In this document: one piece after another, positions 1 through 16,331 of the stretch
How the letters are laid out: each line of letters opens with the position of its first letter
Numbering within the stretch: position 1 is the first letter of the stretch
NCBI RefSeq assembly: GCF_009914755.1
Contig: NC_060927.1
Source: the human T2T-CHM13v2.0 reference genome, Homo sapiens
Length of the DNA stretch: 64,000 nucleotides
Reading direction: 5' to 3' (one strand)
Position numbers and translations under genes: made by a program
Notes under the pieces: model-generated
The model's input: the letters and a program-made list of their open reading frames with translations, nothing else
Told to the model about the DNA's origin: nothing
Databases searched by the model: none

Positions 1-232
1 ATGGTATTGGTGGATGAATGCTGTAGCTTCAAGATGGACAATCCAGAGAGGTATTCTGTATGTTTTCAGAGGTGATTGAGGAATAAACAGTGGCATCAAT
101 AATGGACAATTATCTTGAATATTTATTCTTTCTTTTTTCACTCTCCCTGACCTATCAATTTTGTTCCCTGAAAGCACTTACTAAATAAACAAAATGCACC
201 CAAATCTTCGTCCCAGGCTCAAACTAAGCCAA
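1..232 (+). mobile_element. Old ERVL-type LTR 3' part (LTR16-like)
   Basis: AATAAAC...TGCACCCAAATCTTCGTCCCAGGCT...AAACTAAG ending resembles the LTR16-family terminus; recognised from memory. Confidence 0.5.
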
Positions 233-234
233 AA

Positions 235-490
235 ATTCGTTCAACAAACATTTACTAAGTGACTGTGCTAGGCACTGAGATAGACAACCTAGAAGATAAA
301 ACTCCCAGTGCCTGTCTTGAAGTGTATAGTGAGACAAACACGGAAACAATTAACAACAACAAAACCACCCTACAATTAAAGTGAAGTATGAAGGCATGGG
401 GGAAAGGGTATCTAACCCATGCCTGGGGGAGACAATTCCTGGAGGATGTATTGCTTGAGCTAATGGATGGAGTGTGGATCAAATACAGTT
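235..490 (-). mobile_element. L2 3' fragment
   Basis: TTCAACAAACATTTACTAAG...TGTGCTAGGCACTGAGATA, a typical antisense L2 tail. Confidence 0.6.
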
Positions 491-1162
491 ATAATGACTC
501 TATATACTATGTATTAGGGTTATGTTCTGCCCCATTGCAGTATGCAGTACATGATGTGATTTTAGGTGGTCCATGGATGGACATTTAAACTTTTTGTAGT
601 TGATGTGTACTAGAATAAAAATAAGGAGCACAACAAACTTGATTTCACAGAGTATTATGGTTTAGGATAAAGCCAAAAATTTTTAATGAGTTGAAATTGG
701 CTTTAAATAAAAATATTGAATGAATAATAATACCTAGGTGCAGATTGGCAAAGATTGTGTAGGTGGTGTACAGATTACCCAAGTTTCAGAAATAGTATTA
801 TAGCAGAAGGACTACCTAAAATAAAATTCCTGCCTTCCAGGAATTCAACAGTTTGTTAAGGAACACAGACCCATAAGCAGGGGTGGTAAATGCTACACTA
901 AATTTGGAAACCAAGTACAGGAGGAAGACAGGAAAACAGTGAGGAGCAGAGTGCGGGAGAGGCTACCAGCTACAAGACCAGTTGGAAGGCTATTGCTGTA
1001 GTCCAGGGGAGAGGTTACAAGAGCCTGAATTAGGGTGTGGCTATAGAAATGGAAGGAATACAAGTAATGTTAACAGGCCAATTGCAACCATACTGTGAAA
1101 ACCTTACTGGTTGCAAGCAGTACGAAGGTGAAACTTATCCAACCAAGTCAAGGGCAGTGTTG

Positions 1163-1186
1163 CACACACACACACACACACACACA
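1163..1186. repeat. (CA)12 microsatellite
   Basis: Direct read, about 0.7 kb upstream of the CpG island. Confidence 0.95.
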
Positions 1187-1319
1187 AAGTAGTAGGACAG
1201 CTGAATTAATCAAGTATAATTGAAAGCATACTTTTATTTAGCTTCGGTTATGAGAGTGTTTTAGTGCGAAATATTTAGATATTTGCCCCCATTTTCCCCA
1301 CTTAACTCAGAAGCTGGAG

Positions 1320-1530
1320 AAATGTTAACACATATTGTATAACGCTTTCTATGTTCTAGGTTTTTTCTGAGAGCTTCACGTTTGTTGACTCCTCTATCCT
1401 CATTAACCTTTATTTTATAGATGAGGAAACTCAAACAGAAGGTTAGATAACTTGCCCAGGGTAAAGCAGCTGATAAATCAAGTAGCTAGGAAGAAACCCA
1501 AGCATTCTGGCTATTCTTAACACTACACCA
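1320..1530. mobile_element. MIR
   Basis: Core ATTTTATAGATGAGGAAACT...AACTTGCCCAGGGT. Confidence 0.7.
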
Positions 1531-1789
1531 GAATAAACGGGGCCGGCACACAACGCTAAGGCAAGTCACGTATCTGTATCGGATCGTGAAACAATCACTC
1601 TTACGGTTGGCAAAGGTTCTGGGATCGCAATTTCCCCACCTATAAAATGGAGATAACGACGCCGGGAGTTTGGTGCAGAGAGAGAGAATGAATATGAAAG
1701 TGAACTTCAAACTATGTATGTGGCTCCACGTACTACTTTTTCCAAATATGAATACTGGAATCCATAAACTGCAATTTATCAGTCCGTAA

Positions 1790-2830
1790 AACTCGTAGCG
1801 TCAGGGCGAGACTCCGCCTCTGGGGCCCCGCCCACCGCGAGCGGCAGGTGGGGCCGGCAGATCTTCTTTGCGCATGCGGAAACCGCTGCCCGCTTCCACC
1901 TCTAACCCAGGCTCAGAGTAGCTGCTGTTTCTGAGAGAACGATTCGTAGGACAGCCCCTGACGCCATTCCCTTTTGCCCTTCTTTCTGCGGGCCTTTCCG
2001 GTACTTGAGCGGTGTCCAGAGCGTGGCCAGTTCTCGTCTATCTGGCTGCCTTTAGGGAGCGGTGCCTAGCGTTGGCCAATAGTTGGCTGTCGAAAGTGCC
2101 GGCCCCCGCGCCGGCGCCTGCAGCAGCCGGGTGGGAAGGCTCAAGATGGCGTGCTTGTTGGAGACCCCAATCCGCATGAGCGTCCTTTCGGTGAGTGACC
2201 CGCCGCGGCCGCCCGCCCGCCCTCCAGGAAGCCTCATCCCGGTCTCCACCATTCCCCCAAGCGTGGTGTGCCTCCTGGGCACCACCCCCTGGGGTGGACC
2301 CCGGCTCAGTCTCGGGCCAGGGAGTGAGCGAGGGTGGAGAGGCGGGATAGACGGGCAGAGGGGACCGCGGCCGAGCCAAAGACGTTTCCAACTCCGGGAG
2401 CTCCCGCCGGTGCGGGTTCCCAGGATGGCGTCTGGCAGGCGGGGTGGCTGGGCTTATAGACAACTGGCTGGGCGGCGCGGCTTGGACTTTGCCAAGCGTT
2501 TCACTGAGCCTTCCTTTTAGCGATGCCGCTTCCCGGGGGCCGAACGCTCTGCCTTGTGAAGCGCCGGGCTTGCAGCCGGCCTGAGAACGAGCGCCCACTC
2601 AGCTCTCCCGGGCTTTGGCAAGAAGAGGTGCAGGCTCCTTGGCCCCCATTTCCTCAGAGCTGCCAGGCCAAGTCTGTGCGGCTTCTATCGCGTCCCAGCA
2701 CCTGGGCACCGGCTGAAGCAGTTTGCTTTTTGGCAATGGTGATTCGTATCAGCTGCAACTCTTCCTAGTGTGTGTGGTTTTTTAAGCCCCTTTCCTCCGC
2801 TCTGCTCAGAGGTCGCGGCTCTGAGTCAGA
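1790..2830 (+). promoter_or_regulatory. ARMC8: CpG-island promoter of ARMC8
   Basis: GC/CpG-rich block over exon 1; GC box CCCCGCCC 1826-1833, NRF1-like TGCGCATGCG 1869-1878, ETS core TTCCGG 1996-2001, CCAAT 2076-2080; no obvious TATA. Confidence 0.9.
2146..2190 (+). CDS. ARMC8: ARMC8 coding exon 1 (MACLLETPIRMSVLS)
   Basis: AAGATGG strong Kozak; donor TCG|GTGAGT, phase 0. Confidence 0.95.
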
Positions 2831-3045
2831 GGAACTCTATGTTCCCTGTGCCTGGTATTCCGTTTTTCTTTAAGGGGAGTCAAACATTGAAGGGGGGAAA
2901 AGGGGGTGAGATTTATTTCCCCATTGTTGAAAGAAGGGAACGTATTGACATGCCAGGAAGTAAAACCTGTTTTTTTTTTTTTTAAAAAAAGTTTTTTTAA
3001 AGAAAAAGACGACTTTCACCTTTCACTATGTTGCTCTTGAACCAG

Positions 3046-3121
3046 GACCAGGAATGAAAGTTACTGGGAGATAACTTCGAAGGATTTTGCAACAAATTCG
3101 AGCTGTCCGACTCTGAGAATG
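3046..3121 (+). other. ARMC8: Alternative 5' exon (1b) ending in ATG; gives the M-EVTASS start
   Basis: GAGAATG|GTCAGT donor; candidate acceptor TTGCTCTTGAACCAG at 3045 (5' boundary uncertain); ATG joins exon 2 in frame. Confidence 0.65.
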
Positions 3122-4853
3122 GTCAGTTTACCAATGGTTCATTTGCTATTGTTGGAAACAAGCAGGCAAATACTGATTGACCATCTTTTAGACTTGTGGA
3201 AGCCAGTCTGATACTGAGAGGGTAGTTGGATTATAAATGACTTGTCGGGTTCCTAGAGTCTTGTAACTACAACCGGTTTCTTTTCTCTTCTCTGACTTGT
3301 CCCACAAACAAACTCACCTATCTGAAAACACCTAGGACATTTGCTTATGATTCAGGGTTAGAGCAGTGTGGCAGACCTCAACCTTGAAAAGGCTTAAGTT
3401 GTCAATACAATAATAATTTTGTGAGGCTGTCAACAGATTTTTCCCCTGATCCATTTTAGCAGTCATTTTTTCTTATTTTTAAACTGCAACTAAGGAAATA
3501 CTGTTTACCTAAGTATTAGATCAGATTAGCCTGTTACTCCATCACTGACTGTAATACCCAGGAATATTCTGTGGGAGTGCAGGCCAATGACTTTTACCTC
3601 ATTATGTTAAAAAAAAATAGTATGTGTCTTGGCTGTTCTCAGTTCTCCTTTAATTATTCATTTAGATTTCATTTATCCTTCAGTTCACCTGAAGTTTACT
3701 TTTTGGATGTTGTCAACTTGTATAATGCATATGATTGAAAGTTTTCATTTGTTTCACTTCCTTGGTAAATAATATTTTCTGCTTATTTTATTCAAAAACT
3801 TCTTGAAGAGTATTTTCTATTAATACTTCTATTTAGGATTTGCCTTTAGCCCTAGTCTCATTAGGGGCTTTTTTTTTTCTTTAATTAAAAAAAAAGGATT
3901 TCCGTAGTCCCAAAGTCTGGTCTATCAGATCTTCACTCCTAGAGCCTTGGGGAAGTAGGAGCTTTTGGATAAATGATTTAAAATGTTTCAATTCACTGAT
4001 TTTACTAATTTAAAGTGAAACCTGTACCTTTCAAAGTACTACCCAGAGCACCATGTTTTGAAATGCAAACTAGAACAGGAAACATTCATCAGAAATTATC
4101 TTGAATGGTTGATTCCTTTAATAAGCTACAATGTACCAGTTACGTACAAGCTCTGTATTGTATACGTTAGAGAATGCAAGGATGAGATCAGAAATGCGTT
4201 TCAGGAGCTCATAGTCTGGGTGACGCTATAATTTGATAAACATAATTTCAGCAAGGAGGCATTCAAGTTGTTTTAAAGGATTTCCATTTGAGTCTCTTTA
4301 TACCTTCTCCTTGGGAAATCTCATTGATTTTCCTGTACCCTTAACTGATCAGTTCACACATCTGCATTGCCAACCTTGACTTTCTTCTACATCTAGTCTT
4401 ACATCTTAAATTGTGTGGATGACACCCATCGCTTCCAATAAAGCACATTCCTTCTCCTAAGGGGAATTAGTTATGAGTTCCCAATTTCTGTTAATGGTGT
4501 TATCTTTCACTGATAAGTAACTGTTAAACCTCCTGAATAATCTCTGATTCTTCCTCCTTTCATCCCCCTGTATCTACCAGTTGTTAAGCTCTGTTGCTTC
4601 TTTATTCTTAGTGTTTCTTATATCTTTCTCTTCCCATGACCACCCTCATTCAGGACTTTGTTGTTTTGTGCCTGCACTACCACAGCGTCCTTTTAATTAT
4701 TTTTACTGTCTTTAATGTCTTACACTCTCAGTGCAAGTCCATGTCTACTTAAATTTTCCTAAAGAACTCTTCCTACAGCCGCTCCTCGGTTTCTTTTCTT
4801 GATTGAATTTGTTTTGCCCAAAGGCCCAAGTTTATATTCAGCTTCAGAGTTGA

Positions 4854-5267
<414 letters not shown>

Positions 5268-6791
5268 TAAATCTTATTCTTCTTACTCATTTGTACATAT
5301 GAATTTTAACTTTGTATATATATATTCTGTACATCTACTTTGAGCTTCTGCCATTTGCTAGGCAAGCATGGTGTTGAGTTTGGGAATACAGCCGTAAGCT
5401 ACACAGACCTCTGTCCTTTTGGAAATGTTAGCCTAGTGGGAAAAATAGATATCAAATAATCACACAGTTTGTGAATGGTGATTAGTATTATGAATGAAGT
5501 ATATAGGGTGCTGTTCAAAACATGTCATAGAGGAAACTGATCTAATATGGAGGGCAATAGGAAGAACTAGGGAAGGTTTCCCTGAAGAAGTGATGCTGAG
5601 CTGAAAGTTCAAGGATAAGTAAGAACTAACTAGAAAAAGTGACAGAAGAAGAGCATACAAGGCAAAGGGAACTGCTTTTGCAGAGGTCTTTAATAATACT
5701 CTATCTTGTCGTATTAGAGAGTAAATTAATTCAGAAGTAACACTTTGTCTTGCAAATCCTAGGTACTCAGTAAATGTTTGATTGAACTATCTATTTTGGA
5801 GGGTTGGACAAACTCTCCAGCCCTGTTTCTAGACTGCACTATGACCACCCCATCCCTCTTTGGTTTGCATTTAACATTACAACATCACCCTTTTCAACAA
5901 ATTCATAAATTTCTGCAATGTTTTCTATACTTTTGAATTATGTTGATTGCATTTTTAAAAACATTTATTTTGAAATAATTATAGATTCACAGGAAGTTGC
6001 AAAGATAGTACAGACAGGTCCCTGTGTACACTTCACCCAGTTTCCCTCATAGGTTACATCTTATATAGTTACATTATAGTATCAAAACAAGGAAATTGAT
6101 CTTGGTATAAGTATGTATCTGTTTCTGTATCATTTTATCACATGTTTATTTGTGTTACCATTACCACCACTGTCAAGATACAGAACTATTCCGTCACCGC
6201 AAAGATCTCCCTCATATTCCCTCTTTATAGTCCCACCTACCCAGCCTCTCCCCGCAACAGGTATCCCTAACCCCTGGCAACCATAATCTGTTCTCCATCT
6301 CTATAATGTTGTCATTTTCTATAATGTCATATGAATGGAATCATACAGTATGTGACTTTTTGAGGTTGTTTTTTGTCACTCAGTATAATGCTTTTGAGAT
6401 CTATCCATATTGTTGTATGTAGCAGTAGTTCCTTTTTATTGTTAAGTAGTATTTCATGGTGTGGATGTACCACAGCTCGTTTAACCATTTACCTGTTGGG
6501 CGTTTTGGTTGCTTCTAGTTTTTGGCTATTATAACGTAGTATGAACAATCATGTACAGGTTTGTAAGGACATAACTTTTCATATCTCTGAGCTAAATGCC
6601 CAGGAGTGCAATTGCAGGATCAGATGGTAAATGCATGTTTAATTTTAAAATAAACTGACAAACTTTTCCAGAGTGGCTGTACTATTTTACATTTCTACCA
6701 GTAATATATGAGACATTGTTTCTCTGTATCCTCACTGCCATTTGATACTGTTATTATTTTTATTTTAGCTGTTTTAGTAGATGTGTAGTAA

Positions 6792-7147
<356 letters not shown>

Positions 7148-7156
7148 TTATTTATC

Positions 7157-7425
<269 letters not shown>

Positions 7426-7503
7426 TGAAAATCTTCGCTTATTTGCCATCCATGTTTTCTCTTTGGTGAAATATTTCTTCATGTCCTTTTGCCCACTTTC
7501 TAA

Positions 7504-8175
<672 letters not shown>

Positions 8176-8573
8176 TAAATCTGAACCCTTTGTAAGATAG
8201 GTATTTGCAAATATTTTCTCCTAATCTGTAACTTGCCTTTTCATCCTCTTAACCACAATTTAAGATGAACCTTGATCTCATACCTTATACAAAAAGTAAC
8301 TCAAAATGGATCATAGATTTTATCATAAAATAAAACTTTTAGAATAAAACAGGAGAAAATCTGCAGAACCTTAGGTTTGGTGAATAACTTTTAGACATAA
8401 CACCAAATGCATTACTTATTAAAAAATTGATAAATTGGACTTTACCAAAATGAAAACTTACGCTCTGTGAAAGACCCTGTTAAAAGGATGGTTGCATTTA
8501 ATTTTGGTCACTTTGTAATGGTAGAGAGGTAAGGTAACAAATTGTCTTTGAATCACTTTGTAGGCTATTATAA

Positions 8574-9228
<655 letters not shown>

Positions 9229-9531
9229 GTCATTATTTTTTTTTTTTTGAAAAATAGCTGTTAGAACTGTATAGGGTATTCCAAATCTGGATATTCCTTC
9301 ATTTTGTTCTGTTCTCTACAGTTATAAGCATATTGTTGGCCTTGCCTATAGCTACTTAATGATTTATTCTCTTACATCCATAACTGGCAATAATTAGGAA
9401 AAAAAATTGCTGTGAAGTCGAACCCACTATCCTGTAAACATAAATTTGGCCTCCCTAGGTTTTTAGTAATAAATGCAAAATAAAATCTGTACAGCACATT
9501 TTAAAGTTTGCCATTAGTTTACAAAGCACTA

Positions 9532-9912
<381 letters not shown>

Positions 9913-11177
9913 AAAATAAATTCATCAATGAATCAATGTGAACTTTCTAATCTTTAATGGCAGTGTGTGAAAAATGAGAGGTGCTCATTGTATGTTTCTG
10001 GACATCTTGCTGTGTATTTAAGGAAAGACTAAGATAGTGCATGTTCAGGAAGTCTTTTAAACTCTGCAAAGAATCAGAAACACATTTATGTAGGGTCTTC
10101 AGATTTTACTTTTGAGACCTAGCCTTCTTATCACCTCCTATTTTCGCTAAATTTTAAAATACTTACTGTCAGCAGACAGGAATGTCAGTGATTCTGACTT
10201 GTATGTTTTTCAATTCTGATTTGGCATTTGTTTTGCAGTACCATCTGTCCTGTTGGCTTCTGGGTAAAGAGACGGTATTACATGAAAAAAAACAAAGCTC
10301 CTATTATCCTCTAGAAATTGGAGAGCAGCTGCCTTCACTGAACAGTAGTGCTATGATCCCTGGGACTGTTGAGATAGAAATTAAAGGTATTGCAAATAAG
10401 AGCAGTTTTACAGAAATAGCCCCCTGCCCCACCACTTGTCATTTTGTTGAAAAAAAAAAAAAAACTGTTTTGACCACATTCCCTAATTTCAGAGGAATGA
10501 AGAGTTACATTTTCTAGCATATTCATAATGTAGGTATTAGAGGAAGGAGGAATGATGAAACAGTGTAAGGCTTTATATTAAAAATAAAAAGTTGTGGTCC
10601 AATGGGGAGTTTTCAACCTATAAGATCTATTAATATTGGGAGGTCTTTACCACCTGGAAAGTAATTATCGAACACATGCTTCTTTTGCCTTAGGGGTGTT
10701 TTTAAGAATTTCTTAGGCTTTCAGAAAGCTAATGGTGATTGATGGGATAAGGGAGACTAAGGAAAAGGAAAGAGTCATGATGATCATTATGATAAAGCAT
10801 GATTCACAGGATTTATGCCTTTTTGGCCAGGTGGTATCATCTTCTGAGACGGTGAGAATTAGGAGAGGAATTTGTTAGGGGAGTAAGTAGGAAAATGAGT
10901 TTCATTTTGGACATGCCAAATTTGTAGTCAGTTGGAAAAAAAGGTTGAGTACCTAAATCTGGGGTCATGATCATTATTTTGGCATCATCAGTGTATTGAT
11001 CTCTGGTTCTTAGCTGTTTAAGGATGAGAATCTCAATACCTGCTTTCCCAGGAGAACATGCATATGCCTAAATAGTTGCATAATTTCTAGAGATTGCTGG
11101 ATTCCCTGAAACCCAGAAGTCACTCCAGAATTAACTTCTTCACCTGTCCCAGTGTGAGTCAAGAAAATGTAGCAAAA

Positions 11178-11477
<300 letters not shown>

Positions 11478-11559
11478 TCATTTAAAATCATTTTGGAATG
11501 GTAAAGATTGTAGCAATAAGGTATTAAAACTCATGTGAGCTATTATGTGTGGGAATTGT

Positions 11560-12410
11560 TTCTGAAGAGCTACAATTTTTTACCCAGAGTATGCCAGTAA
11601 TCTCCTAGAAGGTGTACTTTGTTCACAGAAAGGGCATTGTGTAGCAGGCCTGGGATGCAAAGCTAGGTTATCTGGAGATCCAAACAAACTACAAAGTAAG
11701 GTGATTGTGGGTCTGGACACAGGCAAAGTGGAATAGACAGATTCGAAGTGGCCTGCGATATTGCCGTGATTGTCACAGGCCACAATGTGGGTGACAGGTC
11801 AGGTCTGACAGATCTTGAGTGGTACTGTAATAGGAAAGTGAATGCACCAGCTGCTGCAAATGATGGGCTGAGTCTGAGGCAAGCACCATGGATAGCTCCA
11901 AGGCAGGGCTATTACTGCCTGTAAGAATCTGAAGCAAATAAAGCCCTTTTTTATCAGGAAGGCGCCTGGCCTGTCTGAACAATACTACTTCGAAGGTGTG
12001 CCATGAAAGATGGTACCCAGGATCTCTAAGTAATTACATGACAGCAATTTTGAATAATAATTTCAACTATTCTTATGGGCCAGGACAACACCTCACCCAT
12101 ATCTGAATAGCCTCACTTTGTTATGTGAGGATTGAGAAGTTGGCATTTAAATACATCCTAGTGGACTTCTTGGGTCATCTTATCACCTTGGGAGGCATAT
12201 AAATGAACCTCAACCAATCCAGAGGATATCTCAGTCTTTGTGAAACTCCTGATCATTTTTGTAACCTTGCATGTGCTTTCCAGAGATAGTTCTTGCTCCC
12301 TTGGACTTTCAGATTATGCTGTCTCACACAGTGGGTTCTTATCTCATTTGCTCTATCCAGAGGTATCTTTTATTGACCCTCCGTTTAAGCATTCTCATCT
12401 ACAGTGAAGA
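11560..12410 (-). mobile_element. Possible decayed LTR-retroelement pol (RNase H-integrase) remnant
   Basis: Broken minus-strand motifs WKAH, CQT*PV and LFGSPD in the expected order. Confidence 0.35.
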
Positions 12411-12637
12411 GTAAATGAATTGAATTTAATAGTGAGAAGAAACCTTAAAGATCTTCTAGAGCCAGATAGCTCTTTATGATTTATACCATATTTTAAAAGG
12501 GAAAACATCATAGTACTTGATTAGAAGCATGAATGCTAAATTACTTTCAGTCTTGTGACCACCAAGCATTTTATGGCAATATTTAATAGTTTACAAGGGC
12601 AATAAGAATGCATTATCACATTAAAAACTCACTACAG

Positions 12638-12795
12638 AGCCAGATGTGGTGCCGTACACCTGTAGTCCCAGCTCCTCAGGAGGCTGAGGCTGGTGGATCA
12701 CTTGAGTCTGTGAGTTTGAGATTTGAGACCAGCCTACACAGCATAGCAAAACCCTGTCTCTTGGGGGCAAAAGCCAAACAAACAAAAAAAAAACT
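12638..12795 (+). mobile_element. Alu monomer (FLAM/FAM-like)
   Basis: Single arm with A-rich tail. Confidence 0.8.
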
Positions 12796-13081
12796 CCAGA
12801 AAAAGTAAAGGCTGCTCTTCATATCCCTTTTAATCTAACTGTGCCCTGGCTTTTCTTTTATGAAAAAAGAAACTCCCTCTTTGTTTGAGTATAAAATCAT
12901 GGAATCTTTTCTTGGAAGAAACCTGCAGATAATCTTTAGTTCATTCTTGTCATTTTTTATTGAGGAAAACTGAAAACCGGAGAGGCTGGCTTGCCCACTG
13001 TAATATAAAATATCAGAGTCAGATCTCCAGACTCCCACTTTTTAAAAACAAAATTGTGTGTATAGCCTTATATTGTATATT

Positions 13082-13395
<314 letters not shown>

Positions 13396-13989
13396 ATATA
13401 GCCTTATATTTTAGAGTTTTTTTTTCAAATTTGATAAGCACTGATTAATTTACTATTTATTTTTGATAACGTGAAGTCTGGTTTTTGGTCTTTGCTGAGA
13501 AGTCAGGCTTACCTCTTATGCTATACAAGTATATTAAATTTAAAAATTATATATTTTAGTGTTTTTATGATTGTGTTTGTGAAATTAAAGTAGATTCCAT
13601 GCTAGGAATCTCAGTTTCCTTAGTATGTTACATTCTACACTGTTGAGGCCCAGATGCATTGTGAAGTAACATTTTAGAAACTTTCCGAAGTTACTAGAGG
13701 CTACAGTACAGAGCTTTGATTAATCTTGGGAGGGAGGATGCAGTGAAACTTGACGTACCAAAAAGTGAATAAGGATAAAATTGGTTGCAAAAATAGTACA
13801 CAAGGGGTATAAAAGGAATTGAATGTTTTAAATCTCATCAAGTCCTAATGGGGCTAGAAGTTTACCAGAATACAAAGAGCAAAACAAAATAAAACCAAAA
13901 AAGCCTACATCAAAATCTTGGGTTTTGGATAGTATTTGGGAATTTTCTTCTGATTTTTTTCTCCTTTTGGAGAAAATTGGAATGTAGGA

Positions 13990-14200
13990 ATTTTGGAATA
14001 CCTAAGAAGGACATGATAGCTGTCTCCAAGTAAAAGGTCTGTCTTTGTGGATAGTGTTATCCTTTTTTGTTCCAAGTAGAGGCAGATTTTTTTCCCTCAA
14101 AATTAGGAAAGAATTGCCTAACAATTAGTTTTGTCTAATAGTGAAATTAACTCTGGCAGTGAAATAGTACACATCACCAGAACTCTTCAGGCAGCAGTTA
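13990..14200 (+). mobile_element. L3/CR1 3' fragment
   Basis: GGACATGATAGCTGTCTCCAAGTA...AGGCAGATTT...GGAAAGAATT..CTAACAATTAG resembles the L3 end. Confidence 0.5.
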
Positions 14201-14599
14201 GGCAGTTGTATTTAATATTGTTTGTCTTTCATGATTTCATGAGAACACAACCAGAACGAAGGGGAAGACGTGATTTGAAATTAAAGCACAATTTAGTAAA
14301 ATGCTGCTTTTAAAGTATTGGTGTCTGATATTCTGTATTGTGGTAGTCCTAATCTCTGTAGGGACAAGTACAAATACATTGTCACTGGGCTTTAAAATGA
14401 ATAATTGAGAATTTGTGATTGATCTGAGCAGTGTACTTGGTGGCATTTTAGTAAATTGTCACAGTGACAAAAGGAAGTATTTTTTGAACTGAGGGTTTTG
14501 GAGGTATCAGAAAATCAAATTTTGGTTTCACATTGTTTTAGGGATAGAAGGAGGTTCTGGGGCTCCCAGTTGACCGGAAGGTTGAGTTGTTTCAGTTTG

Positions 14600-15243
14600 T
14601 GGTTTCCCAACCCTATCAGACTCACACACTCTGCTTATAATAGATATTTTGTGGCACTTTTTTGGCTATCTTGAAGTGGCATTCATAGATAAGTTAACTG
14701 TCCTCACATGTAACTTTTAAAAAGTTGATATAATGCTCCAGCTGTAATAAAGGAGAAAGGCATGAAGCTAATTTATAACATCATTTAAACCCGTAAATAC
14801 TCAGGTCCTGCTATACCAGAAGTAATTAAGTAACGGTATGTTTGTAAATATACATAGTTTTGTTGTGAATGTGACAGTTACACTGCAGACTGATATATGT
14901 TGTAATGTTTTTATGTGACTTTCTGAAATGAATGACTTTTGGTAAAGTTCCTACCAGGACAAAATACCACCTTTTCTTTATTCACATGAGTTACATTCTT
15001 GGAAAATCGATTGTACATTAAAATGGTACAAAACATATTTTGTGTTTCTATGTAAAATGGAATTATACTCTAGGTTTTTTGCCTACATGACTGGAGAGTG
15101 GAAAGTTGGGGGATGTGTGCCTATTATCCCAGGACATCTAGCATCTTTAGTCCTTGCCCACTAGATATCAGTAGCATTTGCTGTCATTGTGACAGCCAAA
15201 ATCATGTTTCAGACTTAAAAAATGGATCCTGATTAGAACTGCT
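14600..15243 (-). mobile_element. MER20-family hAT DNA transposon
   Basis: CCCACTAGATATCAGTAGCA...TTGTGACAGCCAAAA matches the MER20 reverse complement; left boundary uncertain. Confidence 0.6.
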
Positions 15244-15415
15244 GAGAGCATGGGGCTTTCTGAGTGATGTGTGTGTCTTAGCATACACCCTTCCCTTTTC
15301 TCACCTCCACTTCCATCTCCCCTCCAGTGTGTGACAGTGTATAGTATAAGCACTTGGAAACAAAATATGCTATTAAACATTTTTTCCATGCTGGGTCTAG
15401 CCCTTAATATAATGA

Positions 15416-15822
<407 letters not shown>

Positions 15823-15855
15823 TAGTGTCTGCATAGCTGTTTAAATATTTCTTGA

Positions 15856-16331
<476 letters not shown>

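Noticed and set aside
2083-2145. In-frame TTG N-terminal extension of ARMC8
   Set aside because: It directly follows a TAG, and the ATG at 2146 already has a strong context; no supporting evidence.
2038-2598. 186-aa antisense ORF and other CpG-island ORFs
   Set aside because: Pro/Ala/Gly/Arg-rich frames are expected from stop-poor GC-rich DNA; no recognisable domain.
10182-10517. 111-aa ATG ORF in intron 1
   Set aside because: No recognisable homology, crosses a poly-A run, and has no convincing exon boundaries.
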